Positions 32,599-42,963 of a stretch of 64,000 nucleotides of DNA are shown here, in pieces (the stretch's first letter is position 1; each line of letters opens with the position of its first letter). Position numbers and translations under genes: made by a program. Under the pieces are notes generated by a model. The model was not told the DNA's origin and ran no database searches. It worked only from the letters and a program-made list of their open reading frames with translations. The stretch spans positions 7,755-71,754 of the forward strand of contig JBAZTV010000001.1 in the NCBI GenBank assembly GCA_041661765.1, read 5' to 3'. This DNA is from Candidatus Shapirobacteria bacterium (GTDB taxonomy: Bacteria; Patescibacteriota; Microgenomatia; UBA12405).

Positions 32599-34085
32599 TG
32601 AAACGAATCTTAATCGTTTTATTATTTTTCTTATTTTTATTCCCCTCCTTGTCAAGGGAGGGGTCAGGGGTGGGTTTTGTCTACGCCCAACCAACAACTA
32701 TTTTATCTGAAAATCAATCCACCACTCCACCCACCGTCACCCCAGAAGAAAGTTTATGGACCAGATTTTGGAATTGGATTTCCAAAGTTTTTATTAAAAC
32801 TGATTACGCCATTGCCGAAAGATCAACCAAAAATATTAATTCTGACATGACCGAATATGGCACTACCTCAGACAATGGTAAACATTCATCTTCTGGCACT
32901 CGTCTCACCGATTCCCAAAGCCAAACCTGCTACAAAGGCAATGTTATTAAAAAAGTGATTTTAAATACTACTGGTTATCCCAACACTGACCTCACCCAAA
33001 TTTGTAATTCATCAAATGGTTGTGTTGTTTCCTCTGGTTCTGATTCTGATTGTAAAACAGTTTCTATTAAAGATTTAGCTCATTACTTTGTTCAAATTAA
33101 TAAACAATTCTATTGTGATAGTTCAAATAATTTAATTAATATTGAATCCAATATTACTAATGCTGTTATTGGCACCAGCCTTCCAGAAATTTCACAAAAC
33201 AATCTTAATTGTTATCAACAAATATATAATGATTTTTATCTAGTCCCTAAAAACGGTTCCACCGAAGAAGAAAATTCCAAAAATATAGTTCAAACTCCAA
33301 TTTCCGCCAGCAATCAAAGTTCCGGTGACAATGCCAATGCTACAAAAAATAAACTCAATAAAAATTTTATTCCTGCTAATAAAAATTGGAGTGGTTTAAA
33401 CAGCCTCCGCCCCGCTAGTTGGAAAAAAGGTCCATCAGAAGCTGGTACAGGTACCGGCACTGGATTTAATAGTGGTGGTGTCGTTAGTCCTGGTACGTGC
33501 AATGCCAAAGACAGCCACTGTCGAGGCATGAGCACCATTGGTGCTTTTGGTCTTTCTAAGTCAGGCAAAACTTATGAAGAAATACTTAAAAGTTATTACG
33601 GCGACATCACTCTTAAAACCATTGACATCTCCAATGCTAATATTACTATTATTCCCAATGATAACGACGACTGTTCATCAACCACTCTAAATCTCGAAAC
33701 TTACCTTAGTGGTCTTCAAGAAATACCCGATTCTTGGGGTGATTCCAGTGCAGGTGGTTATGAAAGTTTAAAAGCTCAAGTAGTAGCCGCTCGTACATAT
33801 GCTTACGTCTACACTCAAAATTTAACCAAATCAATTTGTACTAGTTCTAGTTGCCAAAATGCTCGTTGCAATGCCATTAATAGTAGTCCTAATTTAGACA
33901 AAGCAATTAAAGATACTGAAGGCCAAATTATTGTTGATTCAAATAATCAAACTCCATTCGCCACCGAATATGCTCGTTCCTTTTGCGGACCATCTCTATC
34001 CGTTACTTTTTCTAACCATACCACTCCTTCATTTAATGGTTATGATGCCGAAGTTCAAACCGGCGAAAAACTTTATTGTTTATAA
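32598..34085 (+). CDS. Secreted SpoIID/LytB-domain protein (putative peptidoglycan hydrolase)
   Basis: Signal peptide; HCRGMS..GA, YEEILKSYY, LETYLSG..E, ESLKAQVVAARTYA. Confidence 0.8.
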   Translation: MKRILIVLLFFLFLFPSLSREGSGVGFVYAQPTTILSENQSTTPPTVTPEESLWTRFWNWISKVFIKTDYAIAERSTKNINSDMTEYGTTSDNGKHSSSGTRLTDSQSQTCYKGNVIKKVILNTTGYPNTDLTQICNSSNGCVVSSGSDSDCKTVSIKDLAHYFVQINKQFYCDSSNNLINIESNITNAVIGTSLPEISQNNLNCYQQIYNDFYLVPKNGSTEEENSKNIVQTPISASNQSSGDNANATKNKLNKNFIPANKNWSGLNSLRPASWKKGPSEAGTGTGTGFNSGGVVSPGTCNAKDSHCRGMSTIGAFGLSKSGKTYEEILKSYYGDITLKTIDISNANITIIPNDNDDCSSTTLNLETYLSGLQEIPDSWGDSSAGGYESLKAQVVAARTYAYVYTQNLTKSICTSSSCQNARCNAINSSPNLDKAIKDTEGQIIVDSNNQTPFATEYARSFCGPSLSVTFSNHTTPSFNGYDAEVQTGEKLYCL

Positions 34086-34117
34086 AGCAATATTTTTTTA
34101 TGCTAAAATTATCTACA

Positions 34118-35659
34118 ATGTCCGTCTCAAATATCTTACAGAAACTCAATTTCCGCGATACCAAATTAATTCCCCAATTTCCCAAATTAAATAAAAAAAT
34201 TAAATTTGCTTCCATTTTAATAGCTTTCGTTTTTCTAGGTTTTCTAGGACACAAAATCCTCGCCGCCGATACTGCCATCGAAAAATTTAAAGCCAAACAA
34301 GCTGCTATAGACAAGGGGAACAATCAAGAATCCTGGATGAACGAATCCATGATGAGTAATGCCATGTCTATTAATACTGCCATTGCCGGCACCATTCCCG
34401 ATTCTGTTCTTAATGGCACAGTCACCTCTTGGATCCCTGGCGGTATGATTGGTTTCACCAACAACGCTATCGCCACTCTTTATAATCCACCTGCCTCCGG
34501 TGTTCAGTATATTGCCGAAACTTTCAACAATTTTCTCGGCAAACCAGCCTACGCTACTAATGGTTATGACGGTTTAAAAGGTATTCAAAATATTTGGAAA
34601 TCCTTCAGAAATGCCGTTTATATTCTCTTTTCAATAGTTTTTGTTGGTATTGGCATTGCCATCATGCTCCGAGTCAAAATAAGTCAACAAGCCGTTATTT
34701 CCATTCAATCCGCCATACCTAGCTTAATCACTAGTCTTATTTTAGTAACTTTTTCCTATGCCATCGCCGGACTTCTTATTGATCTAAGTTATGTTTTTCA
34801 AGGTTTAGTTCTCGCTATACTTTTCAGTTCCAAAGGTGGATTAAATTCTGAACTTTTCCCCGGTTTTCTTAGTATTAGCCCTACATTTTCCAATCTTGTG
34901 ACTGCTGATTTTTGGACTGTTCTTCGTCTGACCTACAAAGCAGTCCCCATCGCAACTATGTCCGCACTATCAGGCATTGTTGCTGGAGCAATTGCTGGTC
35001 TTATAGGCGGATTCACAACTCTTATAACTGCTGGTATAGGTTGGGTCCCTGGCTTAATCGCTGGAGGCGCTGTTGGTGGGTTAGCTTTTATTCTTATATT
35101 TGCAATAATTCTAATAACAATTATCGTAAATGTCGTTAAGTTTTTCATTGGTATGGCTAAATGTTTTATTAATATTATTTTAAGGATAATTCTTGCTCCT
35201 CTTGAAATTGGTATGGGAGCAATTCCCAACAGTAAAATGAATTTTTCAAGTTGGATTTGGAATATAATTGCCAATTTAGCCGTTTTTCCACTCTCTCTTA
35301 TTTTCTTAGTTTTAGTTAACATGATTATCGACAGTGTCAACACAAGTAATCTTTGGGCTCCTCCAATGCTCGGCGGCAGTTGGTTATTAGGTCCTCTAAT
35401 CGGAATTAGCGCTTTAATGATTCTTGCCAAACTCCCAGCCATGATTCCAGAATTTATATTCCAACTCAAACCATCTCCATGGGGCAAAGCCATTGGTGAA
35501 AGTTTCGCTTCAATTGGTAAAACTGGTAAAATTGGCGAAGCTATTACAGGTGAAGGTCTTAATAGAGCATCAGATCTAACTGGTGAAGGCAATCGGTCAT
35601 GGCAAAGAGCCCTCAGAGGAGCCAACACCATATGGCAAAGAGCTCATAATAGACACTAA
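34118..35659 (+). CDS. Polytopic membrane protein, VirB6/TrbL-like
   Basis: IWKSFRNAVY..F, LILVTFSYAIAGLLID, IILAPL motifs; follows the pilin array; VirB6 assignment is inferred. Confidence 0.55.
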   Translation: MSVSNILQKLNFRDTKLIPQFPKLNKKIKFASILIAFVFLGFLGHKILAADTAIEKFKAKQAAIDKGNNQESWMNESMMSNAMSINTAIAGTIPDSVLNGTVTSWIPGGMIGFTNNAIATLYNPPASGVQYIAETFNNFLGKPAYATNGYDGLKGIQNIWKSFRNAVYILFSIVFVGIGIAIMLRVKISQQAVISIQSAIPSLITSLILVTFSYAIAGLLIDLSYVFQGLVLAILFSSKGGLNSELFPGFLSISPTFSNLVTADFWTVLRLTYKAVPIATMSALSGIVAGAIAGLIGGFTTLITAGIGWVPGLIAGGAVGGLAFILIFAIILITIIVNVVKFFIGMAKCFINIILRIILAPLEIGMGAIPNSKMNFSSWIWNIIANLAVFPLSLIFLVLVNMIIDSVNTSNLWAPPMLGGSWLLGPLIGISALMILAKLPAMIPEFIFQLKPSPWGKAIGESFASIGKTGKIGEAITGEGLNRASDLTGEGNRSWQRALRGANTIWQRAHNRH

Positions 35660-35671
35660 TCTTATTTTCTA

Positions 35672-38278
35672 TTATTTATTTTTTTCCAAAAAAGTTTTCA
35701 TTAATTTCTTGGCCACTTCAACATTCCTTGAATCAATAGCTCTTTTCAAATCTTGATATATTCTTCCAGAATCTTTATTCTTAATTTCCTTTCTATTGAT
35801 CTTTTTAAATTCACCCAAAATATTTTTTATTTCAGAAGACTTCATATCATAATTAAAACTATCAGCTTGCTTTTTAATAAGAGATTTTGTTTGTGTCTTA
35901 TCACTAACCCACTGTGCTTGATTTCTAATTGTCACAAAAAATGATTGAGGATTTTCTCCTTTTTTCAAATCAAGACCCATATACCTCATTATTTCATTTA
36001 AATCAACATCATTATTACTTAACTTTAAAGTTTTAATTAAAAACTCTGATAGAAATATATTATAAGCCGCTTCCACTGCCTTCCCTTCAGAATTCTTATG
36101 TGGCTGGATTTTAAGACGAATATGTTCATTTGAAAGTCGTGACATGTCTGGCCCAAAAGATCCTAGTAAAATACTAGCCCACATAGCAGGATTTGATGTA
36201 TAAGTAAAAGTCCTCTCATTATTTATATTAATAAGATCAACCATACCAAAAGCCGATCTTACTTTATTTACAAACTTATCAACATCTCTCACATCTTCTT
36301 TACCTGTAACACAATTAAAAACCAAAGCTGCAGCCTCTTGTTGATCTCTAAAAAAATTTAAAGAATCAGATTGACCTTTTGCAAAACTGAAATCAACCTT
36401 CTTCTCTTGACCTACTAATTTTCCATTATCAAAATCAGCATACTTCCACAATAATGTTGATAAAGTCTCCCCGTCTTCTTTTTCAAAATTTTTACCATCC
36501 GGTTTACATAAATCTCTAGTTCCGCAAACAAAATCAAAAAATCCATAACAAGTTTTATTTGCAAATATTGGCAAAGTCCCATCTAGAATATTTTCTCTTA
36601 ATGTTTGTTTTCCAGTTATAGGTCTCTTTAAATCTTCTTCTAATTTCATTACAGTTTGAACATAATTTCCCAACGACCCACCAAACCACTCCGCTCCAAA
36701 TATACTTTCAAAAGGAACTTCGTTTCTGGATATTTTCAATTTCCCCAATGCTTTATATTCCATATTTAAAGTTCTTACTCCATCACTAACAATTCCCGTA
36801 AACGTTGGCAATAATCTCATTCTGTCGGCTAAACTCGAATCACCAAACATGTAAAATAAATTCCAAGCAGTATAGGCATTCATTTTATCCATATAATTAG
36901 CCTCTTTCCTTCCATTTTGATTGGCTAAAAATAAAGCCATTTCTTCCTTATAATTCCTAATTTCAAGTATTTTACCAAACACATCTTGATCAATATCCAT
37001 TGATCCTTTATCCTTCCCAAAAATACCTTCTATTTTTCTATCATTTTCATCCAAAAAATAATCCCATCTACCTTTATCCTTCCCAAAAATACCTTCTATT
37101 TTTCTATCATTTTCATCCTTAATAAACTTACCATCGTTATCTTGTTTATAAAACAACTTTTTATAAAATTTCTCTTTATATCTCATACAAGTTTTTCCAT
37201 TCTGGTCTGAATATTCCTCACATAAATCATGCAACATTTTACTCATCACCAACTTAAAATCTTCATTAAATAATTTTGTAAATTTTTCATTATCAAAAGC
37301 AGAATACATTTTATTTCCCCGAATTTTATCCAAATCTTTTCCAGCATAAAGTAAACTAGCTGCTCCATTATTAACCATCACCATATATTCAATTCTAGCC
37401 TGAGTTTCTCTACCCTCTTCGGTTTTACCTAGTTTTTTAAACCACTCTGGTGGAGTATATGTCTGCCATCTCATATCATCCATAAACTTCATCGCCATTG
37501 CCGCATTTTCCGGAGATATTTCCCATCTCGCTCCTCCTCTCATCTCTTGAGTATCTGGATCAGTAGTAAATGGTTCTACATCTACATCATCATCTAACTC
37601 CCTTTGATTTTTTCCAACTTCTATATTTTTATTTTCCAAAACCACCGACACTGCCAATTGTCCATATTGCTTTTCCAAAGAATCATCTGGTTTCTCCTTA
37701 GTCTCTTCTATTATTTGTTTTAAAACATTTTTAATAGAAACATTCTCATCGTCAATAATAGACGACACATTACTATTAATATCTAAAATTGACTTTCTTT
37801 CATTTTCACTCAATCGCGAGTCTGCTTCCACTACATACTTTCCTAATCCTTTCATTTCTACTGGTAAAAAATCATCAATTTGTTGCCCTGTTAACGCTGA
37901 AGTAATCAAACCTTCCGGATAATCTCTAAAAGAAAAATTAATTGCCCTAAAAGCCGTATTACCTAAAATATTCAAATTTTCTGTTGCTATAGTTTTTTGA
38001 ATATCAGTAGCAGATGGATTTTTAAGGGTTGATTCAATACCACCCACCACACTACCTTTTTCATCTGGTTGATATTTTGTCCCTAAATTTACAAAAATCT
38101 CTTGACAAACCAATTGCGATCTTTCTTCTTCAATCTGGCCAGCAAAAATTCCACTATTATCAACCAATTTTTTTGTTATATCTTGAGTTTTTTTATTATT
38201 CTCTTTCACTCTACTAACCTCGGCTGTTTTTTTCATAAACTCCATCGGATTTAATACTGGTGCTTCACTTCCACTCAT
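35672..38278 (-). CDS. Large hypothetical protein with an internal duplication
   Basis: 868-aa ORF; no recognised motif. Confidence 0.7.
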   Translation of the reverse strand: MSGSEAPVLNPMEFMKKTAEVSRVKENNKKTQDITKKLVDNSGIFAGQIEEERSQLVCQEIFVNLGTKYQPDEKGSVVGGIESTLKNPSATDIQKTIATENLNILGNTAFRAINFSFRDYPEGLITSALTGQQIDDFLPVEMKGLGKYVVEADSRLSENERKSILDINSNVSSIIDDENVSIKNVLKQIIEETKEKPDDSLEKQYGQLAVSVVLENKNIEVGKNQRELDDDVDVEPFTTDPDTQEMRGGARWEISPENAAMAMKFMDDMRWQTYTPPEWFKKLGKTEEGRETQARIEYMVMVNNGAASLLYAGKDLDKIRGNKMYSAFDNEKFTKLFNEDFKLVMSKMLHDLCEEYSDQNGKTCMRYKEKFYKKLFYKQDNDGKFIKDENDRKIEGIFGKDKGRWDYFLDENDRKIEGIFGKDKGSMDIDQDVFGKILEIRNYKEEMALFLANQNGRKEANYMDKMNAYTAWNLFYMFGDSSLADRMRLLPTFTGIVSDGVRTLNMEYKALGKLKISRNEVPFESIFGAEWFGGSLGNYVQTVMKLEEDLKRPITGKQTLRENILDGTLPIFANKTCYGFFDFVCGTRDLCKPDGKNFEKEDGETLSTLLWKYADFDNGKLVGQEKKVDFSFAKGQSDSLNFFRDQQEAAALVFNCVTGKEDVRDVDKFVNKVRSAFGMVDLININNERTFTYTSNPAMWASILLGSFGPDMSRLSNEHIRLKIQPHKNSEGKAVEAAYNIFLSEFLIKTLKLSNNDVDLNEIMRYMGLDLKKGENPQSFFVTIRNQAQWVSDKTQTKSLIKKQADSFNYDMKSSEIKNILGEFKKINRKEIKNKDSGRIYQDLKRAIDSRNVEVAKKLMKTFLEKNK
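37005..37118. repeat. 48-bp perfect direct repeat, 66-bp period
   Basis: 37005-37052 = 37071-37118, encoding DENDRKIEGIFGKDKG twice. Confidence 0.9.
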
Positions 38279-38388
38279 ATGCCCTAATTATACCAAATCT
38301 AAATTCCTTCTTGTTAAATAAAAAGCCTCCATGTCAAGGGAGGTGGTCTGCTTTGCAGACCGGAGGGTTTAATTTGTTAAAATTATTT

Positions 38389-40077
38389 ATGCCTTCGCTT
38401 TTACCATCCTCCAACATTTCTTCCATCGAAAACCACATCCGTTCTTATCGTTCCGCTCTTCAATCAAATCTCGAAATTACCATCAATTCTCTTTCCAACT
38501 CTCATCTCAAAATGCATTCTCTCCTCCATTCTCTCGGTCACACTAAAGAAGTAGACTTTTCTGCTTTAACTTATTCCCTCGACCGTCTTCCCAAAATCAG
38601 TCACGAAGTTGAAAAAATAATCATGGGTCAAAGCCCAGAAGTTTTTGAAGAGTCTGGTTATAAAAGTGTTTCCAAATGGAAAGAAGTTAAATCAAAAAAT
38701 CGTCGTCGAGTTGCCTATCTTAATATTCAAAAAAAAACTTTGGCCTTTTTTATTGCCTCAGTTTCCGACATTGACGACCTCATTAATATTCTTATTACTC
38801 TTCAAGTCGAATGGAATAAATTAAACCAAGTTCTTCACAAAAATTATTCCCTCTTCTCTCTTCTTCAAAAAGATATTGGATCTGAAAAATTTTTTCAAAA
38901 ATTAAACATTGATCCCAAAAAATGGCAACTATTCACTTCTTCTCTCGGATCAAATTGGCGTTCTAAAATTAAAAAAATTTATCGTTCACCCATTAATCTC
39001 AAGGTTCAACTTCTAGCCGCCTCTTGGCTCAATTACACCAAATCCACTCAAAAATGGTGGAAAAATATTGCCACTAATGTCTCTCCTGCTTTTCACCTTT
39101 CTCATCAAGAAATTTATTTTGTCTCCAGTAATACCCATAGCTTAATGAACATTTTTACTGGTTTCCCCCTTGCCCACCAGTTTGAAATTCTTTCTGATTT
39201 AAAAATCAACCATCCAACTCTTTATCAAATTTGGGAACAAATCAAATCCAAAAATTCACTTTTAAACCCTTCCGATTTTATTTATTTTGTTTCCAAACAC
39301 TTTCTTTCCCATCCAGAAGTCAAAAAAAATTATCAAACTTTTCAAAAAAAACTAAGTATTTTCAATCTCCCAAACACTAATTATCTTGATATTACTTCCC
39401 AAATTTTTCCCATAAAAAATTTAATTAAATCAAAATATCTCGACCCGCGTCTTAAAATTAAAAAACCTCTCACTCTCGAAAAATCAAAAGCTTTAATTTT
39501 AAACATCGACTATCCTCTTGGCTTTGCTGCTTATCATATTCTCAGCGAAATCATGGAAAACGTTAAAAACATTAAAGGAGTTTATATTCTAGGCAAAGCT
39601 GCTGCTCTCAATAGCGAAGTCGGTGACATTCAAGTTCCCCGTCTTGTTTTTGATGAACATACTCAAAATTCTTATCTTTTTAAAAACTGTTTTAATAGCT
39701 TTTTCCCTTTCATCAACAATCAGGGTTCAATTTTAACCAACCAAAAAGCTGTTTCCGTCTTTGGCACTTTTCTTGAAAATAAGGCTCTTTTGAATTTTTA
39801 TTTTAAAAACAACATTACTGTTATTGAAATGGAATCCGGACCCTACTTAAGCGCTATCACCGAAAGCTGCTACGACCAACAAGCCCCAAAAAAATCTATT
39901 ATTGATCTCAATAATTGCCCCTTCGATCTCGGTATTATAAATTATACTTCCGATACTCCCTACTCTAGCCTTCAAAATCTAGGCGACAGTCAACTTGGCA
40001 TCACCGGTATCGAACCAGTCACCCTCGGCAGTTTAGCAATATTACAACGAATAATTAATCTTGAGGAAGAAAAATAA
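38389..40077 (+). CDS. Conserved hypothetical protein with nucleoside phosphorylase-like C-terminal motifs
   Basis: NIDYPLG, ILGKAAAL...GDI, VIEMESGPY, YTSDTP; ATG 38389 chosen because the upstream extension runs through a repeat. Confidence 0.65.
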   Translation: MPSLLPSSNISSIENHIRSYRSALQSNLEITINSLSNSHLKMHSLLHSLGHTKEVDFSALTYSLDRLPKISHEVEKIIMGQSPEVFEESGYKSVSKWKEVKSKNRRRVAYLNIQKKTLAFFIASVSDIDDLINILITLQVEWNKLNQVLHKNYSLFSLLQKDIGSEKFFQKLNIDPKKWQLFTSSLGSNWRSKIKKIYRSPINLKVQLLAASWLNYTKSTQKWWKNIATNVSPAFHLSHQEIYFVSSNTHSLMNIFTGFPLAHQFEILSDLKINHPTLYQIWEQIKSKNSLLNPSDFIYFVSKHFLSHPEVKKNYQTFQKKLSIFNLPNTNYLDITSQIFPIKNLIKSKYLDPRLKIKKPLTLEKSKALILNIDYPLGFAAYHILSEIMENVKNIKGVYILGKAAALNSEVGDIQVPRLVFDEHTQNSYLFKNCFNSFFPFINNQGSILTNQKAVSVFGTFLENKALLNFYFKNNITVIEMESGPYLSAITESCYDQQAPKKSIIDLNNCPFDLGIINYTSDTPYSSLQNLGDSQLGITGIEPVTLGSLAILQRIINLEEEK

Positions 40078-40158
40078 ATTAAAACCCCTCCTTTAAGTCA
40101 AAGGAGGGGTAGGGGTGGATTTTGAAAAATAAAAAATAATTTTTTGTTAAAATTACCA

Positions 40159-40437
40159 ATGACCCACACTGACCGACAAGTTTTGTTAATAAAACTTGAA
40201 CAAGCCAAAACCAAAATTAACATCGGCGCCAAATATCAACACACTAAAAGTAGTGGCCAATATCTTGTTTTAAATTTAGTAATCCAAGAAGACACTAAAG
40301 AAATCAGAGTTATTTATCAAGAACTTAATCAACAACCCGCTATTATTTGGAGTCGATCATTCGACGGTCCAGACGGTTGGACCACTCCCACCGAAATCAA
40401 CGGCCAACTCACCCACAGATTCACTAAAATAAAATAA
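40159..40437 (+). CDS. DUF1653-like protein
   Basis: GAKYQHTK.SGQYLV...VIYQ...IWSRS. Confidence 0.65.
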   Translation: MTHTDRQVLLIKLEQAKTKINIGAKYQHTKSSGQYLVLNLVIQEDTKEIRVIYQELNQQPAIIWSRSFDGPDGWTTPTEINGQLTHRFTKIK

Positions 40438-40489
40438 TAACTTCTCCCTTTTTCAAGGGGAGATGTCGAGCAAAGCGAGACAGAGGGGT

Positions 40490-42439
40490 TTAAGCCATCA
40501 ATTCTTCAAACTCTTCCTGATTTAAACTTTCCTTTTCTGCCAAAGCCTTTGCCACCTTTTCCAGTTTTTCTTTATTTTTCAATAAAACATTTTTAGCCTC
40601 ATTAAACGATTCATCTACAAATTTTTTAATTTCATCATCCACTTTTCCTTGCATTTTGTCAGAAATTTTTGATGGTTCCATATAAGCCTTACCAAAATCA
40701 CCTACATCAATTTGTGGTCCCAAATTAATTGGTCCCAAATCACTCATTCCCCACTCCACCACCATATTCCTTGCCATCCCAGTTGCATTCGAAATATCTG
40801 ATGCTGCCCCAGTCGTAATATCACCAAAAATAAGATCCTCTGCTGCTCTCCCCCCCATTGCCATTGCCATCTGTTTAATTAATTTACTTTTAGTGTAATG
40901 GATAATATCTTTTTGTGGTGGCACCAAAGTAAAACCCAATGCCATTCCTCGAGAAATTATTGAAATTTTTGACACCGGATCCAATTTTTCCACATAATTC
41001 ACCACCGCATGGCCAGCCTCATGATAAGCCGTCATCAATTTATCTTCATCACTTTGTGTTCGTTTCTTTTCCGCTCCTAATTTTACTTTTAAACTAGCAT
41101 CATCAATATCAGTCATACTAATTTTCGTTTTATTTAATCTAGCCGCCCCAATTGCCGACTCATTTAACATATTTTCCAATTCAGCCCCCGAAAACCCCAC
41201 TGTTGATTTAGCCACTAAATCCCAATTAACATCTTCTTCAAATGGTTTACCTTTCGCATGAATTTTTAATATTTCTTGTCTTGCTTCCAAGTCTGGTAAT
41301 TCTAAAACTACTCTTCGATCAAATCGGCCTGGTCTAAGCAATGCCGGATCCAATAAATCTCCTCTATTAGTTGCAGCCAACACCACCACTGCCGAAGTCG
41401 GTTCAAACCCATCCATCTCTACTAAAATTTGATTCAAAGTTTGTTCTCTTTCTCCATGTCCACCATCCATTCCTCCTCTAATTCTACCAATCGCATCAAT
41501 TTCATCAATAAAAATAATTGCTTTTCCTGCTTTTTTAGCTGTTCCAAACAAATCACGAACACGAGAAGCTCCCACACCCACCAACATTTCCATAAATTCA
41601 GATCCAGCCATACTATAAAATGGTACTCCAGCCTCTCCTGCTACTGCTTTTGCCAATAAAGTCTTACCAACTCCACTTGGTCCAACTAAAAGTACTCCTT
41701 TAGGCGCTCTCGCTCCCATTTTAAGATATTTTTCTGGATGTTTCAAAAAATCAACTATTTCCACTAAATCATTTTTCGCTTCTTCAACTCCTGCCACATC
41801 TTTAAAAGTTAAACTTTGTTTCCCTTTTATAAATAATTTTGCTGTCGACTTTCCAAAGCCAAACATTCCACCACCAGCTCCACCACCTTGCTTTTTAAAT
41901 AACCACAAAATAAACATTATTGGCAATCCTACAGACAAAACCAAAACTAAAAAATCTCCCAACATTTTCCATCCTCGTCTATTTTCTATTTGCAAATTTA
42001 ATGTCGACAAATCCACCCCCTCTTTCTGTAAAATTTCCGTCATAGAAATATCTACTTCTTTTGAAGCTACTAAAATTTTCTTCTCGTTTTTTAATGTTGC
42101 CACTATTTGACTATCAGCCACCACAATTTTTTCAACCTCATTATTTTTAGTTTTCTGAATCACTTCCGAAATTGGCACCTGAGAAACTGTCTCTGGTACC
42201 AAAAGTTGCATTAATGTCAATAAAATCCAATAACCTAAAACCAAATAAATTATAAATTTAACAATCTGTTTTGGTCCAATTTCAATCCTTTTAATTTTCA
42301 CCCCCGGTGGTAATCTATCCAAAAGTTCCTTAGGTATTTGATTTTTATCATTCTGTTTTTTAGTCTCATTTTGCTTTGCAGAATCTTTTTTCTGTTCTGG
42401 CCTCTTTATTTTTTTCTTTAAGTCTTCAAGGAATTTCAT
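40490..42439 (-). CDS. ftsH: ATP-dependent zinc metalloprotease FtsH
   Basis: Two TMs; GPSGVGKT; IFIDEID; ALLRPGRFDR; HEAGH. Confidence 0.97.
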   Translation of the reverse strand: MKFLEDLKKKIKRPEQKKDSAKQNETKKQNDKNQIPKELLDRLPPGVKIKRIEIGPKQIVKFIIYLVLGYWILLTLMQLLVPETVSQVPISEVIQKTKNNEVEKIVVADSQIVATLKNEKKILVASKEVDISMTEILQKEGVDLSTLNLQIENRRGWKMLGDFLVLVLSVGLPIMFILWLFKKQGGGAGGGMFGFGKSTAKLFIKGKQSLTFKDVAGVEEAKNDLVEIVDFLKHPEKYLKMGARAPKGVLLVGPSGVGKTLLAKAVAGEAGVPFYSMAGSEFMEMLVGVGASRVRDLFGTAKKAGKAIIFIDEIDAIGRIRGGMDGGHGEREQTLNQILVEMDGFEPTSAVVVLAATNRGDLLDPALLRPGRFDRRVVLELPDLEARQEILKIHAKGKPFEEDVNWDLVAKSTVGFSGAELENMLNESAIGAARLNKTKISMTDIDDASLKVKLGAEKKRTQSDEDKLMTAYHEAGHAVVNYVEKLDPVSKISIISRGMALGFTLVPPQKDIIHYTKSKLIKQMAMAMGGRAAEDLIFGDITTGAASDISNATGMARNMVVEWGMSDLGPINLGPQIDVGDFGKAYMEPSKISDKMQGKVDDEIKKFVDESFNEAKNVLLKNKEKLEKVAKALAEKESLNQEEFEELMA

Positions 42440-42550
42440 CCCATGATTATACCATCAAAATCGGTTCAAAAAATTAAAAAACAAAGACTTCCGCCCTTGC
42501 TTGCCCGCCTCTGGTGGGTTAAGGGAGGATGTCCGCAGGACAGGAGGGTT

Positions 42551-42862
42551 TTATCTTCCAATATTATTCACCAACTCCAACAATAATTCCCTATTATCCT
42601 TTTTACCCCGATTATCCTCCGCTGCCTTCACCCAAAACTCATGATTACATTTTTCACATTTATAAAAAATTCTAAAATTATCATTTCGACATTCCGCCGC
42701 TTCTGGTCTCATTAATCCCCTACAATGACTTGCCCTATCACCAGGAATTATTTCATCCACATGCTTTCCCCACAAACAATTTGGACAATGATCCGTCGTT
42801 CCATTTCCAATTATCTTTTCCCCACACACTTCGCAAACAAAATTCTCCACCACTTTTTTCAT
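42551..42862 (-). CDS. RNHCP-domain zinc-ribbon protein
   Basis: FVCEVCG...TDHCPNCLWGKHVD..PGDRAS.C.GLM. Confidence 0.85.
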   Translation of the reverse strand: MKKVVENFVCEVCGEKIIGNGTTDHCPNCLWGKHVDEIIPGDRASHCRGLMRPEAAECRNDNFRIFYKCEKCNHEFWVKAAEDNRGKKDNRELLLELVNNIGR

Positions 42863-42872
42863 AACCAATTAT

Positions 42873-42963
42873 AAACCCTATCCCCACCCTTTCCCTTGAC
42901 AGGGCAAGGGTTTAAGCTCCCCTGTCAAGGGGAGCTGGCGAGCAAAGCGAGACTGAGGGGTTT
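42873..42963. repeat. Inverted doublet of family-A palindromes
   Basis: Reverse copy 42873-42913 abutting forward copy 42914-42963. Confidence 0.8.

Noticed and set aside
34933-35631. 232-aa antisense ORF and other overlapping ORFs (e.g. 6413-6877, 45058-45609, 9856-10311)
   Set aside because: Shadow frames of well-supported genes, favoured by the strong strand compositional bias.
38260-38388. N-terminal ORF extensions through repeats (also 30299-30358, 17357-17416, 61816-61851)
   Set aside because: Downstream ATGs fit better, most with adjacent -10 boxes; not counted as in-frame insertions.
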